Below are positions 24,801 through 37,880 of a DNA stretch of 64,000 nucleotides, one piece after another (the stretch's first letter is position 1; each line of letters starts with the position of its first letter). The DNA comes from Owenia fusiformis. Its lineage: Eukaryota. The stretch is taken from the NCBI GenBank assembly GCA_903813345.2, contig CAIIXF020000001.1, positions 434,001 to 498,000 of the forward strand. The letters are read 5' to 3'. Both the position numbers and the translations under genes were made by a program. The notes below the pieces were generated by a model. The model saw nothing but the letters and a program-made list of their open reading frames with translations. It did not search any database and was not told the DNA's origin.

Positions 24801-27800
24801 AGAATGTTTTGATAACTGGTTTAAGAGAAACGTGTGTTCAAAGATTTCACCATATCGATACCACTCTTTTCAAATTCAAGACCACCATCACAAAAATTCA
24901 AATATTTGAAGTGAACCGAATCATTTGGGGATACTTTTTTGTTAATTTATATATCCACAAGATAAACAAAATGAAATATAAAATCTGTACATTTTGACTG
25001 GTGACTGCACTGATAAATCTTGATTTCACCATCATCCCAATTTTAAATTAAGATTTCTTAAATTGAGGTTTTTTGTCTTCTACCTTTTTACTAGCACCCT
25101 CTGTGCTTCTACCATTCCACTAGCGCCCTCTGTGGAGTTATCCCGTATTGTTTTAACCTACCATGATATAAGCGGTTAGTTTTAACCTACCATGATATAA
25201 GTAGTTTGTTTTATGCCTTGGTCACATTTGCTCCGATTCATCAGCCGGCGCCCGGTCAATTGAGTATTCTGTTCAAAATTGAATATTATTGTGAACAGGA
25301 TGATCAATCTGCTGGGCGCCGGCCGATGAATCGGAACAAATGTGACCCAGGCATAAACCTACCATGATGTAAGCGGTTAGTTTGAACCTACCATAATATA
25401 AGCGGTTTGTTTTAACCTACAGTACCATAGCAGTTAGTTTTAGCCTATCATGATATAAGCGGTAAGTTTTAAGCTACCATGATATACGCAGTTTGTTTGA
25501 ACCTACCATGATATAAGCGGTTCCCTTCCGCGAGGCACGATAATACTCGAAGTGTGTGATGTTCCCTGTACATGGCAACTTATCAAGCAACAAGTGTGCC
25601 CAATTCCCCCCAACATCCTTATCAGAAAAGCTCTCTACATTATTAGCGGGGAATTTAGAGGTTGGACACTTATCTGAAAATATTATATACTTTATTGAGT
25701 CGAGTGGTATCGATATGGAGAACTTTTTGAACACACGTTTCTCTTAAACCACTCATAAAAAAAGATCTTAATATTTTACACATCGTCAATTTAATGGTCA
25801 TCTTTTGAATGGTAACAATATAATTTGAAAAAGATATAATACTTTCATCTATATTGTTTTAGAAAACACATCAAACACTTCTCTCGTGCTTGGTATCATG
25901 TTTCCAGAGTGAAATGAAACATCTTTCTGAACCTCATTGGAACAAAACGACATAAACACAACATGTTTAGGTCTCTCAATATTGTAACTGTACAAAGGAA
26001 ATTTTGGTTGATTTTAAAAAAGTATCTTGTTAATGAAACAAAAGGTTTATCTTGATTTTTATCTATTTTGGGGGGATTTTGTTTTAATTTTTTGAATACT
26101 TTTTTAAAATCAAACAAAAATTCCTTTGTATAACTATAATATTGAGAGGTCTAAAACTGAAAACATGTTGTATATGCTATTTTGTTCCAACAAGGTTCGG
26201 AAAGACATTTTATTTCGTTCTGAAGAATTGGTAGAAAGGAGCAAAAACAATTGCACTAAAAAAACAAAAAATGTTAACAAAAACAGTTATATAAAATATT
26301 TCTAAAAAATTTTCGCATTAAATTGTTGTCAATCAGTCAACATTACATAAAATACCGTGTTTTTTACAGAATGTTTTCAATTATTGGTGTAAGAGAAACA
26401 CATTGTTGAATTCAGTTCTCCATATCGATACCACTCCTTTATAAATTATATATATCTACATATGTTTTATGGTATAATGAATAAATACTCACAATAAGGT
26501 AGACATTATATATAAGAATTAAAGCCACTCAAAACACCATGATTGTTATTATAGCCATTTTGTTTTTTACAACAGTTGAATAGTTATTTTCAGATTCAGT
26601 GAAAACGATTCGACATTTATTTCTAGTTGTCAGTTCTATTTTCTCTCCCGATGGGCGGATCTGGAAAAACCAACAAGAAGGGGGGGGGGAGCAAACTCCA
26701 GGTCCGATAAGTCAAACAGTTAAACAGTCAAAAAGTTATAGGTCTTAAAAGTTAAAATTATTTTTCAAAAACCTCTCCCATTGAAATAACATAAGAGGCG
26801 AAAAATGATTTTCAAAGATGACTTTGAAGCCCTGTAACTTTAGTATTCAAAGTATACTGAACACTTAGCGTAAAAAAGTTAGACAATTAAATTTTCTATA
26901 TAAAAATATATTTTGGTGGAACTCTTACTGGATAGATATATTGAAATCAATTTTGCCCCAAACCACCATTTCCCATTGGTTTACATGGAAATTACGATTT
27001 TTAAAAATTCATCTTTATTATCACTATTCTATCTATAAATGTAATTGATGAAAAATGGGAACATTTGGGGATATTTGAAATGAAGTCAAGTTACATTTCT
27101 CTTAACAGTAAAAGTATTTTACTCACAGGCTAGGCGAATAAAAATGCAAACATAAAGAGGCTTTAACACGTAGTTCAATGAGGGTAAGCTAAGGTTGCCA
27201 AACTTGTGGAGGGGAGTGTATGTTTAACTATTCGATATCAATGCTATGTCTTTTAATTTAATTTTTTATTTAATGTTCTTTTAACTATTTAGCTTATATT
27301 GTATTCTTACCCAATGTTATCAAAGTGTGATATTTGAAACTTGTTTTGAAGTTTCAAAAAGTGAATTTATGTGAATTTATTTAAAACTAACTTCAAGGGG
27401 TCACATATATCTTTTAATAAACGACAATTTATACTAATGCAGAGCACCCATCCTCACATGTTTTTGACGAAGAAATTAAGAAAATCGGTTCATAAATAAG
27501 CGGGAAATGAACTTATCTATGCATGAAATTCGTTCAGAGAAAAACTGCATTTCAAAATTTTAGTTTTTATAGAAATCGATGGTACAATAATATCTAAAAC
27601 ACTTTTTATCCCATACTTGGACGTGTTACAGGTACATAAAGTCGGTTTGTAAAAACGTATATTTTCATCAGCGGGCAAATATAGCTTTACGTCCCGCTCC
27701 GAGCGGGCAGATATAGTATATCTGCCCGCTACGTCATAATCGCAGTTCGCATATTGGTTAAGAGGAGGAAAAACCCCATGATTCAATTGATGACATACGA

Positions 27801-30800
27801 TTTCCTCCTTCGCGCACCTTCTTTCCCGGAAGTACTTACCCTCCATCTTGGTTTTCAAAGTTTTCAAATTGACGTAGTTTTAGACCAATCAACGATCGAC
27901 TCGCTAAAATCCGGCAACGGCCAAGAATACAAAACTGGACATGAATATTCTAAAATAACTCCACGGTTGGTGACAAAGTTTCTTAACTGTGGCAAATTGA
28001 ACAATGAACCAAATGACCAAGATTGGTATGGGATAAACAGATCATCCTATAGTCGGTTCAGGATATTTGGATTATCCCTTGGCCAATATAATACTAGTAT
28101 ATCTACCCTCGGGACCTACGGCCCTCGGGCAGATATAGTATATTGGCCTCGGGATAATCCCAATATCCTGAACCTCATACAGGATAATCTCTATATATTC
28201 TTCCATTTAACTTGGTTAAATATTCAACATTAGTTTATTTTTAAAGTTTAACATATTTAGAAAAAACTGAAAATTTTGTCAAAATGTTTTTGCCACCTGA
28301 GTGAGATACACTAAACATTGAAGTGGCACATCAGACATGGCCTTTTATCATTGAAGTAGTGTGTCCTTTGTCCAGTCTTTGCATTGGTGTTAAAAAGATA
28401 ACATATTTTGTAATGTATGATGGAATATTTGATGATTAAAATATTCAACTTTAATTTGAAAAATGTCGAGGAATTTAAATATTTGAGAATGAAAAGCTGA
28501 CAACATTTTTTCAAATTTTTTTTTCAAAAATCTCTAAAGTCTCTAAATCTTTTAAAGTCATGACAAGTAGTAAAAATATGATAAAAACATATTTTCGAAC
28601 TCTACACTGGGACTTTAATGAAAAGTTGAAGTAGGTGGTTTTCCTGGAATTACGACACCCGCCCGCCCACCAAGCTGACGAGAATACGATACAAAGTCGT
28701 TGTAAAAATTAGGTTTAAACGATCGGATCATGATTATTTTTTTATCAAATAATTAATCTGATAAATTGTTAACGAATATATTAACGAACATGTTTATGAG
28801 GTTTCAGGAAGTTAAAAGAGCCATGATACATGTACTAAGTATTATGGGAGATGCGACTATGGAAGAAACCAAACTACAGTGCATTATTAACTGACCTGTA
28901 TTTGTGCCAGGACCTTTTGGACGTAAAGGACCTCCTTTGATTGCGAAGGTTCGGGCAACTGCATTGATTTCTCCAAAGTCAAATGTCGTCTCACCCTTAG
29001 CCTAAATTGTTCATTACTCGTGTAATACCATGTGTACAATTGAACCTGAGAGAATCAGATGCGATCTTTACTACGTTTTATCTATTAATTTTGAGCTGAG
29101 AACTTGACTATTGGTATTTTGCTCATACCTTTGCGTCCATTATGTCTTCTACCGTCATGGGAGAGTTAAGGACAGAATCAAAATCAATCAGGTGAAACTG
29201 TGATCCAGGCTCATTTGATTTGGCATCGTTTATGTTGCGTATAGGCATCCTATCTCCGCGTTTCATGTGTAGTCCCATGAAGTCGCCCTTTCTTACATCA
29301 ACCTGGTGGTATTTATAAACGGTATTTTTGTGAAGTTTAGAATGCATTACTTTTTCCGTTATATTTTTATTTTCAACGATTTGTATCACGGTAAGGCATA
29401 TACATATATTTCTTTGTATGAGCTATGGATCTTTATAGTTAATTCATTCTAATTGAACCGCTTCGGCCGCATCATACAGTATCTTACCGGAGGCATGACT
29501 CTAACATCATTTTTTCCTGAAATCATTTCGCCATCGGGCCGGTATTGTGCTGCTAGTTCTGTCAAAGATATAAGTTCAAACATCTGATCCACCTGTGTTT
29601 GTCGCCATATAGCAGCATACACTGGGTCCCGTCGATAGCGGTCACGGTAATATTCCCATTTCTCAAGCTTGAAAGTCAACCAAACATTAAACTCTAGTTG
29701 TTTACCGATAGGGAGCGCAGTATTCGAAAATCATGAAGTTATTGGTTCACCGATTTTTTACTTGAGTTATGTCAGAAAATGTTGAAACTTCAGAATACAA
29801 AGCCATGTAAAAAGACGGTTGTATTCGTACTTCATGCAAGGATCTCGAAAGTCAATAGATCTAAATGAGGGAATACAAAATACATTTTAATATTTAGTTC
29901 TATCTGTTTTGCTGGTATACTGTACTACACCGTTGCTCGTAAATATGTAATATTTTATAGATATGAATTGTTTGATGGATTTTCTACAAATGATAACATT
30001 TTGTTGACAATTTGTAATATGTCCTCATTCCCTCATCAGTTTTGCAAAAATTGATTGGTATCAAGGAGGATTGGCTCCCAGAATGCAACACCGATATTCT
30101 GCAAAACAATCACCTAGCGATAGCTTTGTTGGAGAGTATCGGGTCATTCTCCATGCAGTCGTACAAATTATACAGACACGAATAGCAAATGACGCATGCG
30201 TGGAGATTGAAGAATATCGAGTTGGAACCCTGGCTTCCAATCCTCCTTGATTGGTATGATGAAGTTAAAACATTTATGGTTGATTAATCTTGCATCTACT
30301 CAGGTGACCCCATGACCTCGTGATATCGGTAATTTGAAAGAGGCGTCCAAATCTTAGTTGTAATCATTGGGTACATTTTATAAAAATCTAATTTTGAGTT
30401 GGAAGTGTTTTTAGAAGGCATGCCCCATAGATTAAGCGAAAAAGAGTATGGCAGGTCATAGAGATGGCGCTATCTTACATGAAACAATCTGCCATTGCCA
30501 GCACCCTAAGGGTGCGTCAGGAACTGCACAGGAATGTGACTCCTGGTCACAGCAATAGTAGCCCAAGAAAGAAAACCAAGAAAAGACCACAACCTGTTGC
30601 ATTTATGTCATCGCTTATAGTCAACCAGTAGTCTACGAGATGAAAGGCCGTCTCACCTCAAAACCCGTGTTTCAGAGCTATTATAATATGTTTATGTTTC
30701 TTTATTTCCTCAGTTTAATTGGAGAGCAAAACAACATGTATATCACATTACAGAACACATATTACAGTAGAGTAATGCCTTGATCACATTTGCTCCAATT

Positions 30801-33800
30801 TTCACTACGGCGCCCGGCCGATTGAATATATATTATATTCAAAACTGAATACAATTTTGAACACCGGCCGATGAATCGGAGCACATGTGACCCAGGCATA
30901 AAGGGGTTATTAATATTTACATATTTACAAGTTAAATGACTCTAAATACATTTTGACATTACAATTCAAGCGTGCCTATTTGAAAATATATTTATACAGG
31001 GTGTTCACGAAGTAATGACACTATGTCTCCCATTTTGTCAGATTTTAAGGAATCTTGCTTAAATTTTCGGCGTGTCTTAAAAGTGTATTAATTGTGAATT
31101 TATTTGATAAGTCTTAAAGCTCATGACCTCCAAACAATGAAATAATGGTTGCCTTAGCAACTTGGTGACAGGTGCGCTGACACAGACATCAGTTTCTTCT
31201 CAATTTTGATGAAATGATGTATAATAATGGCATTTACATGATTTTGAGCTATGTATTCTCCATTAAACTTATGCCAGTTGGTTATTGAAAATATGTCCTG
31301 TATAGTAGTTACATTCATAGTATGGTTCATTCATAGTATGACATCATAACAGTCCTAGTTAAAAACATCATAATAGTCTGGGATCTCCATGAGTTGGAAA
31401 GTCCGCCAAAGTTAAAAACGTCATTGGAAAACAGGTTTTGTGGAAATAGGAAACTGGCTGCAGCGCAGCAACACCCATGTCATACTGCAATGTAGTCCAT
31501 AGAGAATGGACAGAATACAGAGTAGTCCATGATTTATAAATGTAGACCTTGCTCATTATTCACCAAATGAAGTGAACTGCATTTCTATGCTGTTGGTCTC
31601 CTAAAGAGTCAACAGTTTCATTCCAATGAGAAAACTGTAAGAACAGCCAGGTTGAAACGAGATAAGATTGACCAAACAAATGTCTTCCAAAAATGTATGG
31701 CTAAACAACAATGAAAATGCATTGAAGACGATACAAATTACTTCGTAGTGAATATTGTATCCACTGGGCATGGATCAAGAGTGTTGGATATAATATTATA
31801 TCGTTTGCAGAAGAGATATGCTCAGGATTGAAGATTCCTAATTAATGTGCAATGTGACGTCATATGTGCTGTGTCAAGGACCATGTTACCTAATCAAAAT
31901 GTGTATGATAAAATTAACTATGTTCATTCTTGAGACATGACATTTGGTTTGTGCGATCAATATTACATGCCCGATAATATGTGCAAAATCTAGAAAGATT
32001 GGTTAAAAACTAGAAATGGGAGACCCAGTGTCATTACTTAGTGAGCACCCTGTATTGTAAAATGTATTTGCACATTCGATAACGAACATTTCATAAATGG
32101 TTTCATTGGCTACATCCAAAAAGCACCAAAACTTTGGACTTAATCTCTGGTGTCATATGACATCATGTGATGAAAGAAAATTTGTCCCCCACAAAGTTGA
32201 TAATTGTGTTTGTTTCTGTCGTAGACAATTAGGGGAAAGAGACAATAAGGTCACTTACTGATGTGGTACTCCATAAAGGCGACCCTATTTATGTTTTGAG
32301 CAGTATTACAGAGTTTATTTGTAGCAGTACTGCCGAGGCTGCACCCCCTTGGTGATTTCCAAGCATATTTTCAGAGTAATTTGAACTTTTGGACCTACAT
32401 CAAGTACCACATGCGAACAGAGTGTTTTTGGGCAAAATTTAACTGCAGAATTATCATGCTGTTGTACATGCTAGTGGCATTGTGTTGGATTACCTCTGGG
32501 CAGGCAATATGGAACAGCTACCATGGGTACAAAAGTTACTCAATCAGACTCCTGGAGAGCAAATGTAGGACGACCTTGACACGGAGATTCGTGACTTGGA
32601 CCCCCAATTCAGACACGTCGCGCACTGCCCAGATTGAGGAATGGGGCATTATTTCAATAAGAAAGGTCGGATGTTTCATTCATAGCTGGTCCCGTGGGGT
32701 TGATGCTCTGATTTCAGCACAAGGAGGACATAACGCATATTAGTGCTTTCATCAGATAAAGGACACTTCCACCCTACATGACCAGAAGTTTACTAGTATC
32801 TTCTTTGATCTGTTTTACATGACGATTTGGATCGGGGTGTTTTGAAAATTCTTGTTTAAATAACAGTAGTTTTCTAAACTCAAATGTAAATATTTTTTCT
32901 CTAAAAATGCTGATGAAACAGATGAAATATGTGGTTATGATTTGTCTAGAAAATAAACTACTGAACAGACTCCAAATTAATATCCTCTTACTCCAAAACT
33001 TGAATTCTGAGCTGCCAAATCTACTATTCCATATTTATGAGCAACAGTGTATACTAATATAATTGATTAATTAATTTCAAAGGAAAAGCTTACATTTCAT
33101 AATTCAAATATTATTGATTGTTCGTGATGCAAACGAACCGCAAGAACTTATTTTCCATGAACAGATATCACTCTGTCAATAATCCTTTGTTTTACATTAC
33201 CTGTAATGAAGCTTTGTTGGTGTCCTTGAATTCTGTATGACATCTGTCTTCATTTATTGAACTAATTGCAAAAGACGACATACATTTTCTAGGTGGATCA
33301 AAGAAACATGTGAATATTGTTTTTAATGGGAGGAATGACTGTAATGTCATCTGTATTTGGGTCACCCTGTTAATAAATTGTTTGGTTTCTCCACCGTTGC
33401 GTTTTCAGATTCTATCCCGGCCCTCTAATCTTTTCCATATTACCGCGTTGGTATTAGGGGTACTTGCTGTTGAAGCTAGTCGTAGAGGTACCTTTTATGT
33501 ATAAGCCTATCGAGAGCGGACCATTCGTATCAATCAAAGTCAAAGTAATCTGACAGCGTTGGGCAGATAGGCGAGGTTGGCATGATCTTTGAAACGTTTA
33601 GCCCATGCTGTCAAGATAACACCAAACCAAACATTGCGTCATTTTGAGCCTGTTCCTTTAGTTCCCCCGAGGACGTCTTCAGTTATTCAATGGTGTTTTA
33701 AATCATATTTAATCTTATTTCATAAAATTACAATACTTTGCCAAACATTTTCCAATCATGAGTTTCACTTCAGGGCTAATATAGATGTCAGCTATCTAGT

Positions 33801-34347
33801 ATTTGCTAGTATATTGTTTTCAAACACATTTCAACACATTTGTGATTCTACAATGGTTGCAAAAACTATGCAGAATTAAAAAATTAAAAATACAAAATCA
33901 TTTTTAAACAATAAACCAGAGATTAAAGCGGAGAGTAACCATAGTAACGTAATCAATACCGCGCTCCCAAATCGCACTTTTAAGAGCAAGCCACATTAAA
34001 ACATAAATAAACACGATGATTCAAACTTACCTTCGTATCACATCCGAACCTTGCCGATGTTACAATGTTGGTCCAGTCACCTCCGAGGTGTATCATGCCA
34101 CCTATTTTCGTGACATCCTCTCTCCCGATGTTCTCACATGACGCAACTCTGCCCGAATCTAATCCAAAATAACATTTAATCTAATCAGTCTTTGAAGGCT
34201 TTTTATGTCTCATATTTTATTATATACTAAATAAGCATTTGACAACATTTTGTTCAAGTCATTATTAAAACAGAATAAAAACTTACGCGTTCCTAGAACA
34301 AGTGCAAAATAACTTGCACTAATGCATGCTATAAATAAAACGTCCAT
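21845..34347 (-). CDS. Secreted VWA-domain protein, 619 aa. Exons 34347-34287, 34158-34031, 29667-29488, 29302-29129, 29001-28896, 25673-25507, 23386-23288, 23062-22846, 22722-22636, 22485-21845
   Basis: Signal-peptide-like start MDVLFIACISASYFALVLG. All introns are GT-AG with matching phases, and the exons sum to 1860 nt with one terminal TGA. There are two related domains (GGDW..RFGCDTKLEKWEYYR..YAAIW and GGNW..LPCTGNITHFEYYR..AYIMI), a PDGG linker, and a VWA domain (DIVIAVDNSKS ... LVIFSDG). Confidence 0.85.
23434..25521 (-). repeat. 29-bp minisatellite of the VWA-gene exon-6 donor (~16 units in two blocks, 25153-25521 and 23434-23651), split by insertions
   Basis: The minus-strand unit is ACCGCTTATATCATG|gtaggttcaaacta. 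The first unit is the real exon end ...GTAYIM|gt at 25507. Confidence 0.9.
25214..25353. mobile_element. ~140-bp palindromic MITE (Harbinger-like, TWA flanks). A second copy lies at ~30776-30898
   Basis: tgccttggtcacatttgctccgattcatc ... gatgaatcggaacaaatgtgacccaggca. Confidence 0.8.
25701..26437. mobile_element. MITE family with GAGTGGTATCGATATGG TIRs. Other copies lie at ~14060-14670 and ~24627-24868 (deleted, inverted)
   Basis: gagtggtatcgatatggagaac and gttctccatatcgataccactc. The internal sequence is shared among the three copies. Confidence 0.85.
27290..28614 (-). mobile_element. Partial copy of the TTAA-flanked (Kolobok-like) element at 47748-48578, interrupted by a hairpin-bearing Crypton-like insert (~27603-28194)
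   Basis: Reverse-complement similarity to 47750-48550 on both sides of the insert. The terminus is ...ctgggact-ttaa at 28614. Confidence 0.7.
30062..30249. mobile_element. ~188-bp MITE with CAAGGAGGATTGG TIRs. An inverted second copy lies at 53476-53660
   Basis: TSD attggtat here and aactggact at the second copy. Confidence 0.9.
30997..32052. mobile_element. ~1-kb Tc1/mariner-type non-autonomous element (copy 1)
   Basis: ta-cagggtgttcacgaagtaatgacact ... agtgtcattacttagtgagcaccctg-ta. It is colinear with 59383-60341. Confidence 0.9.
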
Positions 34348-35964
34348 GTTTGTTTATTGAAACTAATATAATTGTAACTCTCCAGAGCGATCGTATTGTT
34401 CTTCAATTTTCGTGTCCTTATATTTTAATATTGATTGATCTAGGAATGAATTAACCGTCGTATTCTAAACCTTCATTATCAGAGTTGAAGCGATTGCCAT
34501 GACATTAAAACCATAAATATATAGCTTCGGTAGTTTGTGATTAATTAAATTCGATTCTTAAATTATTGTTTCGTCATGTTTATAGCTATTTTTACTTGTA
34601 TTTAGTCAGTAAAGCATGGGGTCATTTGGCAAACATAATCGCTGCTGATAAACGCATTGAAACCCTTTATCCGCAACATGATAAACACGAGGATCGATAT
34701 TTGAATTGTGAAACGTCTGACACGCAATTTGTATGCTTTTACAAAAATCAGACGGCTCACACATCGACTGGAACACAAACTAATAAAGATTATGACAAAA
34801 GTCAACAGGGAGTGGGAGAAACAATAGCACTAGCGATTGGTGTGATTAAAATTACGATCAAAAACTCCTGACACAAACTTAATTCAAGCAGTGTTAATTT
34901 TCTGTTGTACTATTTCTAAGGGATAACTACTTCATACTTTTAAGGGGCATAACTGGCGCTACCGGGTGTATTATTACGTCATTGACCTATAGAAATGGTC
35001 GGTCACCCAAGGATTCATTTGATACCCGGGGCTAAGTATGTGTACTAGACGAAACGAATCGAAACGACATCCGGGGCCTTGTATTGTCTACTATCCTTAC
35101 TCGGTTTGTTTATTTCGCGGTAAACCGGCCTAAGTACACAGTTATATCCCTCCGCTAAATGGAGGGGACAAAAACTGTGAATATAGTTCCTGAAAGTACT
35201 CTGTAGCAGCGCCATCTTGATTGAAAATGTGGTAGTGAAACATGTTTAATTGTTGATATGTTAGGTATGTCTATAAAAACAATCATTAAAATGAACATTT
35301 TTAAGAATATCGGAACATTTTGACATGTACACGTTGACCAGATCCATACGCCAATTTCTAAGAAATTTGAATAGAAGGTGGGAACAGCAGGTCAGAACTT
35401 TTGATATCTTCGGATAGAATACTCCAATTGCAGGCATATAATGCTCAGAATAACATGTGAGCATAACAGGGAACGGTAAACTTAGTTTTTTGGATTATTT
35501 TCTGCGGACGGATGACCTTGGTAATGGTGAATTGGTCAATGTATATAAATATGATGACGGTGTGGTACTCCAAGTATGTAAGACAGCAGAACTTTTGATT
35601 TTCTTAGGATATTTTTGTTGAAATCTTTTTGACATGAAGGTGAGATGTGTTGCTGTGTTACTCTGAAATTCCTTGAAAATCGATGGGCTGCGATTTGAGA
35701 AATTCTAATTAAAATTTTTGAACTTTGTCAATTTAACTAAATGCATCTCAACGGTACAAAAATGTAAGAAGAGTTCTACCTAATAGAAACTACATTTGTC
35801 AATGAATTTCGAAAAATATATTGAATTTAGTCCCATTTCGTATGTCTTTGTGTTTTTGCAAATTGACCCCTTAACTCCCGGAGACGACAATCTGAATTCT
35901 GCCGATACAGCAATTTTCATTTTTCACTGAAAATTGTAGTTTTGAGCCTATATGACTTCATTAC

Positions 35965-37880
35965 TTTTTTTTATAATTCACAGAATTTATTTTTACAAAT
36001 ACATATACAATACATAAACATTGTACACTTGTAGTGGCTTTGCTGAAGGCATTATCAGCCACTTGATTAATAAGGGTGAAGAAAAAATTAAAAATTAAAT
36101 ATGAACTCAAGAGTGAAGTGAGTGGTGGCAGAGAAACCTACACATTTGCACATTTATCTAAAAATCCGCATAAAGAAATACTTCTACTTTGTCCCTCTTG
36201 TGTTTAAAATAAGAATAACCAAAATTAAGAAAAGCCAAATTGTTTTCCAGCTCTTCTAAGAATGGAGCACGAAGTATACAGAAAAAATAACATGAATTGT
36301 TGTTTCATTCGCATGGCCACAAGAACATGCAGGTGAAGTAACGTTTGTAAAATTGTGGGAGTATAGATGTGACTTGAAAATTAAGTCACAACGAACCCTG
36401 TTAAGTATAATTTCTTGATTTCGAATAATTGAATTGGATTAACTCTTTCTTTGCCCTTGACTTAAATATACTTAAATTCTCAGCTTCTATAAGGGACTTT
36501 GAAAGGGAATCCCAATCCATCATTGATTGTAAAATACAGGATCTATGTGAAAATGAAGCAATTTTAGTTGGGATTTGAAAAGGAGCAATTCTTCGAACGT
36601 TAACTGTATAAAACAACGGAATCTTTGGAAAACATATGTTGGTACCAAATTATTCAGCGATCTAAACACAAGAATATTGCGGTGGTATTCCCGTTTTTCC
36701 CCTAATGATGTCCAATTTAAACAGTTCAAAACTTTAGTACACGATGTGCCATGAACGACTCCAGAGCATAAACAGTTGCCGTATAATAAAGCTGATCAAT
36801 CAATTTTAATTTTGATAAGTTTGCACACGAGTAGAGAATATCACAATAGTCAAAAATCGGAAGTACAAATGGCTTGAAAATTAATTCCAAGTGTTTACCT
36901 CCTAATTTCTTTTGGAGTGATCTGAGCAGGTTTAATTGCTTTTCGACTTTTTTGTATAGTTCATTAATATGTTGTTCGAATGATAAATGTTTGTCAAGTG
37001 TTAAGCCGAGATGTTTGTGGTAGTCAACACGAGATAGATTGTTATTTCCAATAGTTAGATCTGGTACTTGTAGAACTACTTTACGAGGGTTAGAGAATAA
37101 AATGTCCTTACTTTTTCCAGCTTTGAAATTCAATTTCCACGAGTTCTTGACCAGTTGAAAATTGAATTCAAATCATTTTGTAAAATATTATTTCTTTCAA
37201 GTAAATTATCTTGGTTAAATGTGTGGTGAAGAAAAGTGTCATTTGCCTATATGTAACATTTACTGTGTAAGTTTTCAGGAACATCATTAATATAGACTAG
37301 GAACAGTAAAGGACGAAGAATTGATCCTCGAGGGACGCCTGAGTTGATATAATTCATATTTGAAAGGTTTGATTCTTGTCCATCAAGCCCTACTTTGACA
37401 CGTCGAACTTTTAAAGAGATGCGATGGCCAATAATAGCAGGGCTAATAGTAATGAATGCGGCCGAAATATCTAAATAAATACCCCTAACAAACCACCGTT
37501 TCAATTTCATTAGTGATATAATCTATAATGCTTAGTATCTGAGATTGGGTACTATGGCCAGGAAGAAAACCGCTTTGTAGACTGTAAAATAGATCATTTC
37601 TGATGAGATGGTCAAATATTATTTTGAAGTTAATGCGTCCAGCTATTTTTGCCAAACAACAAAAAGAGTAATTGGGCGATAATTTTTTACATCAGTTTTA
37701 TCAGAAAGAGCTGGCGCTGCCATTTTTAACATTCTGTTACTGATTTGATCAAGACCCGTGGCTTTGTTTATATTAAGAGAAAGTAACAATTCAAAGACTT
37801 CATCTTCATGAGTGGATAACATTAACAATAGTAGAAATTCGGTCCAAAAACACAGTACCACCACTTGATTTGACATGATA
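35965..37880 (-). mobile_element. Degenerate CR1/L2-group LINE (RT fragment and 3' end)
   Basis: Broken frames KATGLDQISNRMLK, NYRPIT, SGVPRGSILRPLLFLVYIND, HKHLGLTLDKHLSFEQHI and PIFDYCDILY. A-rich end near 35965-35990. Confidence 0.9.

Larger units (their letters stand above)
29928..33049 (+). mobile_element. Degenerate Tc1 transposon with nested MITEs, in intron 2 of the VWA gene
   Basis: TIRs ta-caccgttgctcgtaaatatg and catatttatgagcaacagtg-ta. The remnant EEWGIIS...SRGVDALISAQGGHNAY* (~32635-32743) matches Tc1 transposase C-termini. Confidence 0.8.

Noticed and set aside
33201-33243. Possible 43-nt minus-strand exon (ag...CAG|gtaatg) in VWA-gene intron 2
   Set aside because: The flanking exons join in phase 0 and give a continuous domain (GCDTK/LEKWEYY). 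Adding 43 nt would frameshift.
34566-34871. 101-aa plus-strand ORF upstream of the VWA gene
   Set aside because: It has no ATG start, no recognisable motif and no supporting exon chain.
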